This document shows, one piece after another, positions 21,950 through 32,970 of a stretch of DNA of 33,392 nt. The position numbers and the translations under genes were made by a program. This stretch comes from Octopus bimaculoides (Eukaryota). The notes beneath the pieces are model-generated. The model saw only the letters and a list, made by a program, of their open reading frames with translations, was not told where the DNA came from and made no database searches. Within the stretch, counting starts at the first letter, position 1, and each line of letters begins with the position of its first letter. Location: the NCBI RefSeq assembly GCF_001194135.2, contig NC_069009.1, positions 5,759,905 through 5,793,296 of the forward strand. Direction: 5' to 3'.

Positions 21950-22156
21950 TCCCTCTTGCCCTCTCTCCCTTTACTCTCTCTGTCTTTCTATCTCTATCGA
22001 TCTCTTTGTCCATTTCCTTGTCTCTACTCTCTCTCTCCCCCTCATTGCTATCTCTCCAGTCTCTCCCTCTCTCTCTCTCTATCTATCTACTTGACTTCCT
22101 TTCCTTCCTTCTTCCTCTTCTTCCTTTCCTTTCTTTCTTTCTTTCTTTCTTTCTTT
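20596..22156. repeat. (CT)n/(CTGT)n/(CTTT)n microsatellites around a gap, with (GTT)/(ATT) tracts
   Basis: Direct reading of the sequence. Confidence 0.9.
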
Positions 22157-23184
22157 NNNNNNNNNNNNNNNNNNNNNNNNNNNNNNNNNNNNNNNNNNNN
22201 NNNNNNNNNNNNNNNNNNNNNNNNNNNNNNNNNNNNNNNNNNNNNNNNNNNNNNNNNNNNNNNNNNNNNNNNNNNNNNNNNNNNNNNNNNNNNNNNNNNN
22301 NNNNNNNNNNNNNNNNNNNNNNNNNNNNNNNNNNNNNNNNNNNNNNNNNNNNNNNNNNNNNNNNNNNNNNNNNNNNNNNNNNNNNNNNNNNNNNNNNNNN
22401 NNNNNNNNNNNNNNNNNNNNNNNNNNNNNNNNNNNNNNNNNNNNNNNNNNNNNNNNNNNNNNNNNNNNNNNNNNNNNNNNNNNNNNNNNNNNNNNNNNNN
22501 NNNNNNNNNNNNNNNNNNNNNNNNNNNNNNNNNNNNNNNNNNNNNNNNNNNNNNNNNNNNNNNNNNNNNNNNNNNNNNNNNNNNNNNNNNNNNNNNNNNN
22601 NNNNNNNNNNNNNNNNNNNNNNNNNNNNNNNNNNNNNNNNNNNNNNNNNNNNNNNNNNNNNNNNNNNNNNNNNNNNNNNNNNNNNNNNNNNNNNNNNNNN
22701 NNNNNNNNNNNNNNNNNNNNNNNNNNNNNNNNNNNNNNNNNNNNNNNNNNNNNNNNNNNNNNNNNNNNNNNNNNNNNNNNNNNNNNNNNNNNNNNNNNNN
22801 NNNNNNNNNNNNNNNNNNNNNNNNNNNNNNNNNNNNNNNNNNNNNNNNNNNNNNNNNNNNNNNNNNNNNNNNNNGTCTCTGTCAATGTCGCATTATCTCC
22901 ACATAAATGCAGACGTAGCAAATAGGAAATTTGGAAATAACCCCCACCCCTCCCTGCCTCCCCCCACTCATCCATCTCCCATGCCCCGTCTTAATATGCA
23001 CCAGCCCAAGCAACTGCACTATTACGATGCACCCACCCCAATCATTCAGCTACCAATGCAACTACAACCATGATAACTACAGTGACCACCACCACTACCA
23101 CCACCAGTACCACCACCTTCAACATAACACTGCCACCAGCTCAACTACTACCATTGCCACAACTAACATCATCACCATCACCAC

Positions 23185-23345
23185 TACCACCACCACCATA
23201 CCATCACTATCACCAATCTTAACCACCACCACCACCACCACTACCACCACCATACCATCACTATCACCAATCTTAACCACCACCACCACCACCACCATAC
23301 CATCACTATCACCAATCTTAACCACCACCACCACCACCATCGCTA
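23185..23345 (+). repeat. Minisatellite: constant ATACCATCACTATCACCAATCTTAACC anchor plus variable (ACC)n, three copies
   Basis: Three anchor copies are visible. Confidence 0.8.
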
Positions 23346-23589
23346 CAACCCTCACCGCTGTCATCTCAGCCACTCCACCCAAAGTCTTGTCCGCTCATTG
23401 TTTCTGCTACGATTCATGAGAATAGCAACAACAACATTTGTAATAATAACAAAAACAGCCACGATGATAAATATAACCAGGTGAACCAGGATTTATGCCT
23501 GCAACAACGTTGGCAATAATAAACAGCAACCACATCTATGACACTATAACATCAATAACAAGAGAAGCAACAACAGGAGCAACAATAAT

Positions 23590-24625
23590 TAGTAGTAATG
23601 GCAACAATGTCACCACTACCACCACCGCTACCACCACCACCACTACCACCACCATCACCACCACTACCACCACCACAACCAAGAACAACAGTAATGGCAA
23701 CAATGTTACCACCACCACTACCACCACCACCACCACCACCACTAGCACCACCACCACCACCACCACAACCAACAACAACAACAGTAATGGCAACAATGTT
23801 ACCACCACCACNNNNNNNNNNNNNNNNNNNNNNNNNNNNNNNNNNNNNNNNNNNNNNNNNNNNNNNNNNNNNNNNNNNNNNNNNNNNNNNNNNNNNNNNN
23901 NNNNNNNNNNNNNNNNNNNNNNNNNNNNNNNNNNNNNNNNNNNNNNNNNNNNNNNNNNNNNNNNNNNNNNNNNNNNNNNNNNNNNNNNNNNNNNNNNNNN
24001 NNNNNNNNNNNNNNNNNNNNNNNNNNNNNNNNNNNNNNNNNNNNNNNNNNNNNNNNNNNNNNNNNNNNNNNNNNNNNNNNNNNNNNNNNNNNNNNNNNNN
24101 NNNNNNNNNNNNNNNNNNNNNNNNNNNNNNNNNNNNNNNNNNNNNNNNNNNNNNNNNNNNNNNNNNNNNNNNNNNNNNNNNNNNNNNNNNNNNNNNNNNN
24201 NNNNNNNNNNNNNNNNNNNNNNNNNNNNNNNNNNNNNNNNNNNNNNNNNNNNNNNNNNNNNNNNNNNNNNNNNNNNNNNNNNNNNNNNNNNNNNNNNNNN
24301 NNNNNNNNNNNNNNNNNNNNNNNNNNNNNNNNNNNNNNNNNNNNNNNNNNNNNNNNNNNNNNNNNNNNNNNNNNNNNNNNNNNNNNNNNNNNNNNNNNNN
24401 NNNNNNNNNNNNNNNNNNNNNNNNNNNNNNNNNNNNNNNNNNNNNNNNNNNNNNNNNNNNNNNNNNNNNNNNNNNNNNNNNNNNNNNNNNNNNNNNNNNN
24501 NNNNNNNNNNNNNNNNNNNNNNNNNNNNNNNNNNNNNNNNNNNNNNNNNNNNNNNNNNNNNNNNNNNNNNNNNNNNNNNNNNNNNNNNNNNNNNNNNNNN
24601 NNNTAATTGCAACAATGCTACCACT
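23590..24625 (+). repeat. Minisatellite: AGTAATGGCAACAATG anchor plus variable (ACC)/(AAC) runs, spanning a gap
   Basis: Anchor at about 23593, 23690 and 23783; similar sequence after the gap. Confidence 0.75.
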
Positions 24626-24827
24626 ACCACCACCACCACCACCACCAACAACAACAACAAGAGCAAATGCTGTCAAAATCAGTAGCAACAACATCAAAAA
24701 CATCATTAGCTGCAACAATTGCAACTGTTGCATTAATGAAAAACTGCAGAATCAGTGAAATGCATTGTGCTGCATTAATGTCATCGTCAATAACAAGAAC
24801 AGTATGTCTAATTGTTGGAAACAAAGG

Positions 24828-25560
24828 AAAGGACCTCTACATGGTAGGTAGACTTTGTAGAAATAGCAGCCAAATCTCCCTCAAATCACACTCTACTGTC
24901 CTATGTATGTATGAGACAATGAGGGAGACCTCTACATGGTAGCTAGACCTGGTAGAAATAGCAGCCAAATCTCCCTCAAATCAAACCCTACTGTCTTATG
25001 TATGTATATATGTATGAGTCAATGAGGGAGACCTCTACATGGTAGCTAGACCTGGTAGAAATAGCAGCCAAATCTCCCTCAAATCACTGCATACTGTCTT
25101 GTGTTTGTATATCTGAATATATGAGCCAATGAGGGAGACCTCTACATGGTAGCCAGACCTGGTAGAAATAGCAGCTGGATTTCCCTCAAATCACACCTTA
25201 CTGTCTTACTTATGTATATATGTATGTATGAGGCAATGAGGGAAATCCTGACATAGCAGCCAAACCTCTCTCAAATCACATCCTGCTGTCTTATGTATGT
25301 ATATATGAGTCAGTGGGGGAGACCCCTACATGGTAACTAGACCAGGTAGAAATGGCAGCCAAATCTCCCTCAAATCACACCCTACTGTCATGCTAGAAAT
25401 AGCAGCCAAATCTCCCTTAAATGACACCCAACTGTCTGTAACTAGGAATGTACTTTTGCATGTTCCCAAAGGGACAAGATGGTCAAGGATGGAATGTCTT
25501 TTATCAGAATTTTGTTTGATCAAGGCTGCCATGGGGCCATGGAAAACAAGAATAATTATA
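24828..25560 (+). repeat. Tandem array with about 100-bp units (6 units plus a partial), ending in a decayed parent-element 3' half
   Basis: ACCTCTACATGG marker or a decayed equivalent at 24833, 24928, 25031, 25138, 25245 (deleted unit) and 25322; core TAGAAATAGCAGCCAAATCTCCCTCAAATCACACCCTACTGTC. Confidence 0.9.
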
Positions 25561-25589
25561 GTTATAATAATTAACCTAATTTAGTCTGA

Positions 25590-25683
25590 TGAATATTGGT
25601 GATGAAGATGGTGATGTTGATGTTAGTGGTGGTGACGATTGTGGAGGTGAGGGTGGTGTTGGTGTTTATGATGCAGGTGGTGT

Positions 25684-25736
<53 letters not shown>

Positions 25737-26143
25737 ATAGTCATGATGTGATGTTAGTGATGGTTGTGGTGGTGGTGGTGTCTCTGGTGCAGATAATGTT
25801 GATAATGATGATGATGATGGCATTGAGGACAATGGAGGTATGAGCATAATGATGGTGATTATGATGGTTGTGGTGGTGGTGGTGGTGGTGGTAAAAATGA
25901 TGACGATGACATGGTGTTGGTAAAGATGTTTGTGATGATGGTTGTAATGATGATTATGGTGGTTATAGTGGTGATGTACATGATGATGGTGATGATGATA
26001 ACGACTGATGATGATGATGATGGTTGTGATGGTGATGGTGATGGTTGTAATGATGATGACGGTGATGGTCATGATGGTGATGAAGCTGATGATGTTGGTG
26101 ATGGTGAAGGGGATGATGATGGAACAATGACAACATGGTGGCA

Positions 26144-26179
<36 letters not shown>

Positions 26180-26192
26180 GTGGTGGTAGTGG

Positions 26193-26230
<38 letters not shown>

Positions 26231-26240
26231 GTGGTGGTAG

Positions 26241-26293
<53 letters not shown>

Positions 26294-26350
26294 NNNNNNN
26301 NNNNNNNNNNNNNNNNNNNGGGGGGGGGGGGTCAGTGTTGTTGTTGTTGT
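25590..26350. repeat. (GAT)n/(GGT)n trinucleotide mosaic
   Basis: Direct reading of the sequence. Confidence 0.9.
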
Positions 26351-26509
26351 TGTTGTCATTCTATTATGTTTCCCCATATCTCCAGGTTCTCTAAAGTGCA
26401 AAGATAATTACACACCTGCTTTACAATATCTCTTTCTTCCCACCACCACCACCACCCCTCTCGCTTCGTCTGTCTGTTTGTCAGTAGCACTGTGGCATCC
26501 ATCTCTGTA

Positions 26510-26600
26510 ATCCCTCTCTCTCTGTCTCTCTCTGTCTTTCTCTCTCTGTCTCTCCCTCTCTCTGTCTCTGTCTCTCTCTCTCTCTGTCTCTCTCTCTCAC

Positions 26601-26636
<36 letters not shown>

Positions 26637-26642
26637 ACTCTC

Positions 26643-26675
<33 letters not shown>

Positions 26676-26710
26676 GTCTCTCTCTCACTCTGTCTGTCTN
26701 NNNNNNNNNC

Positions 26711-26742
<32 letters not shown>

Positions 26743-26748
26743 ACTCTC

Positions 26749-26785
<37 letters not shown>

Positions 26786-27240
26786 GTCTCTCTCTCACAC
26801 TCTGTCTCTGTCTCTCTCTTTCTCTCTCTTCTCTGTCTCTCTCTCTGTCTCTCTCTCTCTGTGTCTCTCTCTCTCTCTCTCTTTGTCCATGTGTCTCAAT
26901 GTTGCTCCTGTATCTCTCTCTCTCTCTCTCTTCCTCTGTCACTCCTCTCCTCCTCTTACTCTTACCCCTTGTCCTCCTTTCTCTCTTTCCCCTTCTCCCT
27001 CTTCCTCTCCCTCTCTCCCTTCTCTCTATTACTTCTCTCCTCCTCTCTCCTTTCTCTCTCCCCTTTCTCTCTCCCCTCTCTCCGTCTTCCTCTCCCCTCT
27101 CTCCGTCTTCCTCTCCCCTCTCTCCGTCTTCCTCTCCCCCCCGTCTTCCTCTCTTCTCCCTACCTCCCCTTTCCGCTCTTTCTCCCCCTCTACCCCTGCC
27201 ATTCCCCTCTCTCTACCCCACCTTCTACCCCCCCTCTCCT
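26510..27240. repeat. (CT)n/(CTGT)n tract with a 21-bp CTCTCCGTCTTCCTCTCCCCT repeat
   Basis: Direct reading; the 21-mer is repeated at about 27077-27150. Confidence 0.85.
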
Positions 27241-27404
27241 ATGTAACTGTGGCAATATCTGATTTCTCATCATCAACAGACATTATCTATCATCACCGTC
27301 ATCATCACCACCATCATTAATATCACCTTCATCATCATCATCATCATTGCTACCAAAGCCATCATCATCACCATCATCATCACCATCATCGTCTATGTCA
27401 CCAA

Positions 27405-27612
27405 GCCATCATCATCACATCTTTCTCATGCCTGCATGGACCATACTGAGTTTACTGAGCCACACACACGTACCCTATGGCTGGATGCCCTTCCTGTCAC
27501 TAACACTCAGCTGTTTCCAAGCAAGCTAATATTTCCCCATGGCCAGATAGGCTTTTATCAAAGACAGGAAAATAAAGGACACTGCTTGTATGACAGGGAC
27601 GCTCATTTACAA
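27405..27612 (-). mobile_element. RTE-tail-type repeat
   Basis: (CAT)n end, CTGGATGCCCTTCCTGTCACTAAC, AAGGACACTGCTT. Confidence 0.6.
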
Positions 27613-27699
27613 TTGTCCAATAGTAAATATCATGGCAAGGAGAGAGCAACACACACGCACACACACATGCATGAATACACCTCTTATTGTTTCTTTTGC

Positions 27700-27767
27700 T
27701 GAAGTGCTAAGTCAAGGGGATGTAAACAAACCAACACCAGTTGTCAAGCTGTGGTAGGGAACAAACA

Positions 27768-27806
<39 letters not shown>

Positions 27807-27960
27807 TGGGCTTCATTCAGTTTCTGTCTACCAAATCCACTCACAAGAATTTCTTAGCCCAGGGCTATAACAGAAAACATTTGACTAAGGTGCCATTCTG
27901 TATAATTGAACTCAAATAATTTGTACTTGGGAAGCAAACATCCTACCACACAGCCATGCC
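27700..27960 (-). mobile_element. SINE family A with internal (CA)n
   Basis: CCAGTTGTCAAG...AAACAC(CA)n GATGGGCTTCATTCAGTTTCTGTCTACCAAATCCACTCACAAG...CCACACAGCCATGCC. Confidence 0.8.
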
Positions 27961-28021
27961 CATTTGTGTGTGTGTGTGTGTGTGAGTTTGGGTTCAAATA
28001 TACATGTGTATGTTTATATTT

Positions 28022-28118
28022 GTGTAACATTTGTCCCACCTTGTCACTGCTTAACATTCTCTGCTGGTTTGTTTCTGTCCCTGTAACTTTGCAGTACATC
28101 AAAAGAGACCAATAGAAT
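28022..28118 (+). mobile_element. SINE family A 3' half fragment
   Basis: TTTGTCCC...GTCCCTGTAACTT...AAAAGAGACCAATAGAATA. Confidence 0.65.
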
Positions 28119-28119
28119 A

Positions 28120-28255
28120 TGAGGACTGATGATCAAAGATGTTCTAGTTGTGACCATCCCAACTTTATTTCATCTAGGACTACCATTTTGTGATATGGAG
28201 AAGATTTGGCTGCTATTTCTACTAGGTTGAGTGACCACCTTGAGGACCTCTCGTT
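28120..28255 (-). mobile_element. Dispersed parent element carrying both satellite motifs
   Basis: Reverse complement: CCTAGTAGAAATAGCAGCCAAATCTTCTCCATATCAC (100-bp unit) directly followed by GTAGTCCTAGAT...GGGATGGTCACAACTAGAACATCTTTGATCAT (150-bp unit). Confidence 0.75.
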
Positions 28256-29045
28256 AGTCTGTGTATATACATTGTTTGTGTGTGTTTTTCATGAGTATAT
28301 ATANNNNNNNNNNNNNNNNNNNNNNNNNNNNNNNNNNNNNNNNNNNNNNNNNNNNNNNNNNNNNNNNNNNNNNNNNNNNNNNNNNNNNNNNNNNNNNNNN
28401 NNNNNNNNNNNNNNNNNNNNNNNNNNNNNNNNNNNNNNNNNNNNNNNNNNNNNNNNNNNNNNNNNNNNNNNNNNNNNNNNNNNNNNNNNNNNNNNNNNNN
28501 NNNNNNNNNNNNNNNNNNNNNNNNNNNNNNNNNNNNNNNNNNNNNNNNNNNNNNNNNNNNNNNNNNNNNNNNNNNNNNNNNNNNNNNNNNNNNNNNNNNN
28601 NNNNNNNNNNNNNNNNNNNNNNNNNNNNNNNNNNNNNNNNNNNNNNNNNNNNNNNNNNNNNNNNNNNNNNNNNNNNNNNNNNNNNNNNNNNNNNNNNNNN
28701 NNNNNNNNNNNNNNNNNNNNNNNNNNNNNNNNNNNNNNNNNNNNNNNNNNNNNNNNNNNNNNNNNNNNNNNNNNNNNNNNNTATATATATACATATATAT
28801 AAATATATATGTCTGTATATGTGTGTGTCTATGTATATGTGTATATCTACATATATAATGTATACAAAGATGTATACACATACATGGACACACACACACA
28901 CCCATCTAATTATTATTTTGTCTAACTGTCATCCGCATGAATACCTCTCTGTGATAATTATAATTAAATCGTTGTCGGCTGGCTAATGATTTCACTCATC
29001 ACATACAGTAACAATGTACACAGCTCTAGATTCATGCAGGGCCCC

Positions 29046-29047
<2 letters not shown>

Positions 29048-29089
<42 letters not shown>

Positions 29090-29400
29090 TTTATAATAAT
29101 AATAATAATAATTATAATAATGTTCATAATAATAATAATAATTATAATAATGTTCATAATAATAATAATAATAATGACGATAATGATAATCCTTTCTACT
29201 ATAGCCACAAAGGGCTGAATTATTGTGGGAGGAGGCTAGTCAATTACATCAGCCCCAGTGTTCCTCTGATACTTATTTCATTGACCCCTATAAGATGGAA
29301 AGTAAAGGGGGCCTCAACAGAATTTCAGCTCAGAACATAAACACAAATAAAAGGCTTAGCAGTATTTTTCCCAGCTTGCTAATGATTCTATGAGCTCGCC
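29048..29400 (-). mobile_element. Near full-length SINE family B with an expanded (ATT)n tail
   Basis: Head GGCGAGCTCATAGAATCATTAGC at 29400, central domain, tail tract at 29048-29190. Confidence 0.7.
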
Positions 29401-29540
29401 ATCTTAGAATTGTAATAATTTGTAGTGAAACGGTTCACCAGTGTAATGGCTTTAGGTTTGTCCCCAATTTAATAATTTTAAATTCTTGTGACAAAGTTTG
29501 TTGTTGCGTGTTCGAATGTAACAATGTCCTACTCATCATC

Positions 29541-29575
29541 ATCATCATCATTTAACATCCGCTTTCCATGCTAGT
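29541..29575 (-). mobile_element. Very short RTE-type 3' end
   Basis: (CAT)n TTAACATCCGCTTTCCATGCTAG. Confidence 0.6.
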
Positions 29576-30620
29576 TTTATGTGTATAACAGGTCGGACAC
29601 CAGTTTTTTTATGTTGGTTGTTTGTGATCAAAACAGGTCGTTGAAGTGTGAGATATACTATATCTTTATTTATAATGTTTTCATTCGTAAGTTATAACGA
29701 ATATTCTTGTTTATTAATTAAAAGCTATAGTGATAATTTCGTTACTTATAACTTAATTATAAGTATTTATCACTAAGCATAACTCTTAGTTCAGTTTAGG
29801 CTGCGTAAATGTTATGATGTATACATGATAAGACAATGGATGAGCGTTTATTACGTGCATGTATGTTGAAGATATAGATTATATTTTTTTGACCGTTACA
29901 CATAAAAAAATACAGTTTCATTAATATACAGAAATAAATTCAACAAGTTGAAAGAAACGAGAAGTAAAAGGAATTAAGTTTCTACATTAATTTATTATAT
30001 ACATATTTTTACATTTATAGAAATTTNNNNNNNNNNNNNNNNNNNNNNNNNNNNNNNNNNNNNNNNNNNNNNNNNNNNNNNNNNNNNNNNNNNNNNNNNN
30101 NNNNNNNNNNNNNNNNNNNNNNNNNNNNNNNNNNNNNNNNNNNNNNNNNNNNNNNNNNNNNNNNNNNNNNNNNNNNNNNNNNNNNNNNNNNNNNNNNNNN
30201 NNNNNNNNNNNNNNNNNNNNNNNNNNNNNNNNNNNNNNNNNNNNNNNNNNNNNNNNNNNNNNNNNNNNNNNNNNNNNNNNNNNNNNNNNNNNNNNNNNNN
30301 NNNNNNNNNNNNNNNNNNNNNNNNNNNNNNNNNNNNNNNNNNNNNNNNNNNNNNNNNNNNNNNNNNNNNNNNNNNNNNNNNNNNNNNNNNNNNNNNNNNN
30401 NNNNNNNNNNNNNNNNNNNNNNNNNNNNNNNNNNNNNNNNNNNNNNNNNNNNNNNNNNNNNNNNNNNNNNNNNNNNNNNNNNNNNNNNNNNNNNNNNNNN
30501 NNNNNNNNNNNNNNNNNNNNNNNNNNNNNNNNNNNNNNNNNNNNNNNNNNNNNNNNNNNNNNNNNNNNNNNNNNNNNNNATATAAATAGATATGTGTATT
30601 TTTCCCTTGTTTACAATTAA

Positions 30621-31420
30621 CAGCGGAAGGGAGATAACCCTTATTTAAACCCCTTTTTTCATTCTAAAGGTAAATCGATGTCTTTTAAAGATAGTTACAC
30701 TAACAATAAGGCAACTAATAGCAAAACTATTTGGTTGATTATTCCTTATGGGAGGCAAATTAAATCTAATATTCCTTTCCAATTTCGGGAAGCTATTATT
30801 AGGAATTTTCCAAAGAATTCTAGGTATTACTCTATTATCAACTCGCACACGATTAGGATTGGTTTTTCCAACACAAAAAATCTCTTACAAATTATCTCCT
30901 CACATAATATTAGTCTGTTAAATAAGAATCAATTGACTAATACTAACATTAATTTAGCTAATACCATCCATCCCCCTAAAAATATTAATAGCAAGGTTAT
31001 TGTCTCTGAAGTCAATTACAACAGAATCAAGTTTATGTCAAGTAACTCTAAAATTAAAAATTCTGCATACCAGTGTAAAATTACTTCTGGTAATGAAGTA
31101 TTTTTTTACATAGGCAGCTCATCTCAGTTATCTAAAAGAATTTCTAATCATTACTCTACATTTAGGGATAGGAATAAACATAACAGTACAGGGCTTAGTA
31201 AATAATATGGTATCTAAAAGATCATAACAAACAATTTAATTTAGTTTGGTTGATTCTTTCCATTTCGTTCCCTTATGATAAAGACAAGGAATTCTGTCTT
31301 CTCTGTAATTGTGAGCTATTTTCTATTCTTTTTTCTAAAAATTCCCTTCTAAACATGGTTATAGAGCGTGCTTATTGATGTAAACATTGGCAGAAACACA
31401 CCTTTAGTTCATATAAATGA
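30621..31420 (+). pseudogene. Penelope-like retroelement ORF fragment: RT thumb plus GIY-YIG endonuclease (Naiad-like, inferred)
   Basis: IWLIIPY, HTIRIGFS, IISSHN, AYQ...YIG, KRISNH, STGLSK. After a 1-nt frameshift at about 31203: IWYLKD...VWLIL...CLLCNCE...LLN...*CKH (TGA 31376-31378; final stop 31418-31420). Confidence 0.85.
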
Positions 31421-31710
31421 TATCTACCATTATATATAATTTAAACATTCATTTTCTTCTTACATTTCACTTCCACTAGATATATCTTTTTCCAAGACTT
31501 TAGGCTTTTATTTAATTCACATATCATTCTATATTTCTCATCTACTTGGTTTCTGATTTTTCCTTTCGTTTACCCTTCCTGTTTCTACAGGCTACCTTTG
31601 ACATCATATCCTCTAACATTAAAAAAAAAAAATTTAATAGCGTTCAGTTCATCAGTATATATATCCATCATATTCTGTTAAAATGTCTTATTGACAAGTT
31701 TTATTTCTTC

Positions 31711-31797
31711 ATTTCCCTGAAGAGAAGATTACATTGCTTTACACCATTTTATTCCTTTGGAATAATACCAGTGATATCTTCGAAACGTGTCGGAAGT
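31711..31797 (+). ncRNA. Type I hammerhead ribozyme (PLE-associated, minimal stem III)
   Basis: Stem I ATTTCC 31711-31716 / GGAAGT 31792-31797; CTGAAGA 31717-31723; stem II GAAGAT 31724-31729 / ATCTTC 31776-31781; GAAA 31782-31785; GTC cleavage triplet 31789-31791. Confidence 0.8.
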
Positions 31798-31864
31798 AAA
31801 AGAATTTGAATAACACCTGTGTTGAACTCCATTTATTTATATATATATTACGTGTGTGTGGTTG

Positions 31865-32070
31865 TGTATTTATATGTTTGTGTGTCTGTGTTTGTCCCCC
31901 CCTCCGCATCACTTGACAACAGATGTCGGTGTGTTTACATCCCTGTAACTTAGCAGTTCAGCAAGAGAGACCGATAGAATTACAAGGATAAGTCCTGGGG
32001 TCGATTTGCTTGACTAAAGGCGGTGCTCCAGCATGGCCGTAGTCAAATGACTGAAACAAATAAAAGAATA
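31865..32070 (+). mobile_element. SINE family A 3' half
   Basis: Aligns with 32700-32905 to the tail GGCGGTGCTCCAGCATGGCCGTAGTCAAATGACTGAAACAA. Confidence 0.85.
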
Positions 32071-32136
32071 TATTTAAAGTAACTGAAAGAAACACAGAGC
32101 ATCTCAAAATAAATACAGTTACAAAATGATTAAACA

Positions 32137-32924
32137 CTCCTCTAACCTCTGCCACCTTAGAAAAATGGATGTAAGAACAAACATATAACTTACACACAAA
32201 TGCATGCACCCATGCACATATTTGAAAATCAGCTGAGAGTTGGTGACAGGAAAGGTACCCAGCTGTAAAAGTATTGTCTGAATTACATACTCATCCAACC
32301 CATGCTAACGTAGAAAAACAGATGTAATATACAGTAAATGACGTGTACACCTACAAACACACACAGAAGTGTAAGCACCCGTATGCATGACAGCTGAGAG
32401 TTAAATGCATTGGTCTAAAGAGTACTCTCTGAAAAATATACTCATCTGACCCATGCTACCATAGAAAACAGGAGTTAAAACAAACATATGGCGTATGAGT
32501 GGCTGTGTGGTAAGTAGCTTGCTTACCAACCACATGGTCCTGGGTTCAGTCCCACTGCGTGGCATCTTGGGCAAGTGTCTTCTACTATAGCCTCAGGCCG
32601 ACCAAAGCCTTGTGAGTGGATTTGGTAGACGGAAACTGAAAGAAGCCTGTCGTATATATGTATATATATATATATATGTATGTGTGTCTGTGTTTGTATA
32701 TCTGTGTTTGTCCCCCCAACATCGCTTGACAACCGATGCTGGTGTGTTTATGTCCCTGTAACATTAGCGGTTCGGTAAAAGAGACCGATAGAATAAGTAC
32801 TAGGCTTCCAAAGAATAAGTCCTGGGGTTGATTTGATCGACTACAGGCGGTGCTCCAGCATGGCCGCAGTCAAATGACTGAAACAAGTAAAAGAGTAAAA
32901 GAGTATATGAAATAGATACATGTA

Positions 32925-32970
<46 letters not shown>

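Noticed and set aside
8494-28986. Long ORFs in the track (e.g. 9328-10464, 20476-21705, 23495-24685, 28206-28802)
   Set aside because: They consist of X from N-runs and of dipeptide or homopolymer translations of microsatellites; not evidence of genes.
29744-29764. Palindrome ACTTATAA-CTTAA-TTATAAGT
   Set aside because: An 8-bp stem in very AT-rich sequence is expected by chance.
31415-31490. SECIS element after the Penelope-like ORF
   Set aside because: ATGA-TATCTA can pair with TAGATA, but the 3' GA of the quartet and a correctly placed apical AA are missing.
32490-32560. tRNA gene
   Set aside because: A and B boxes are present, but there is no cloverleaf and the sequence continues into a SINE body; the same holds for the other heads.
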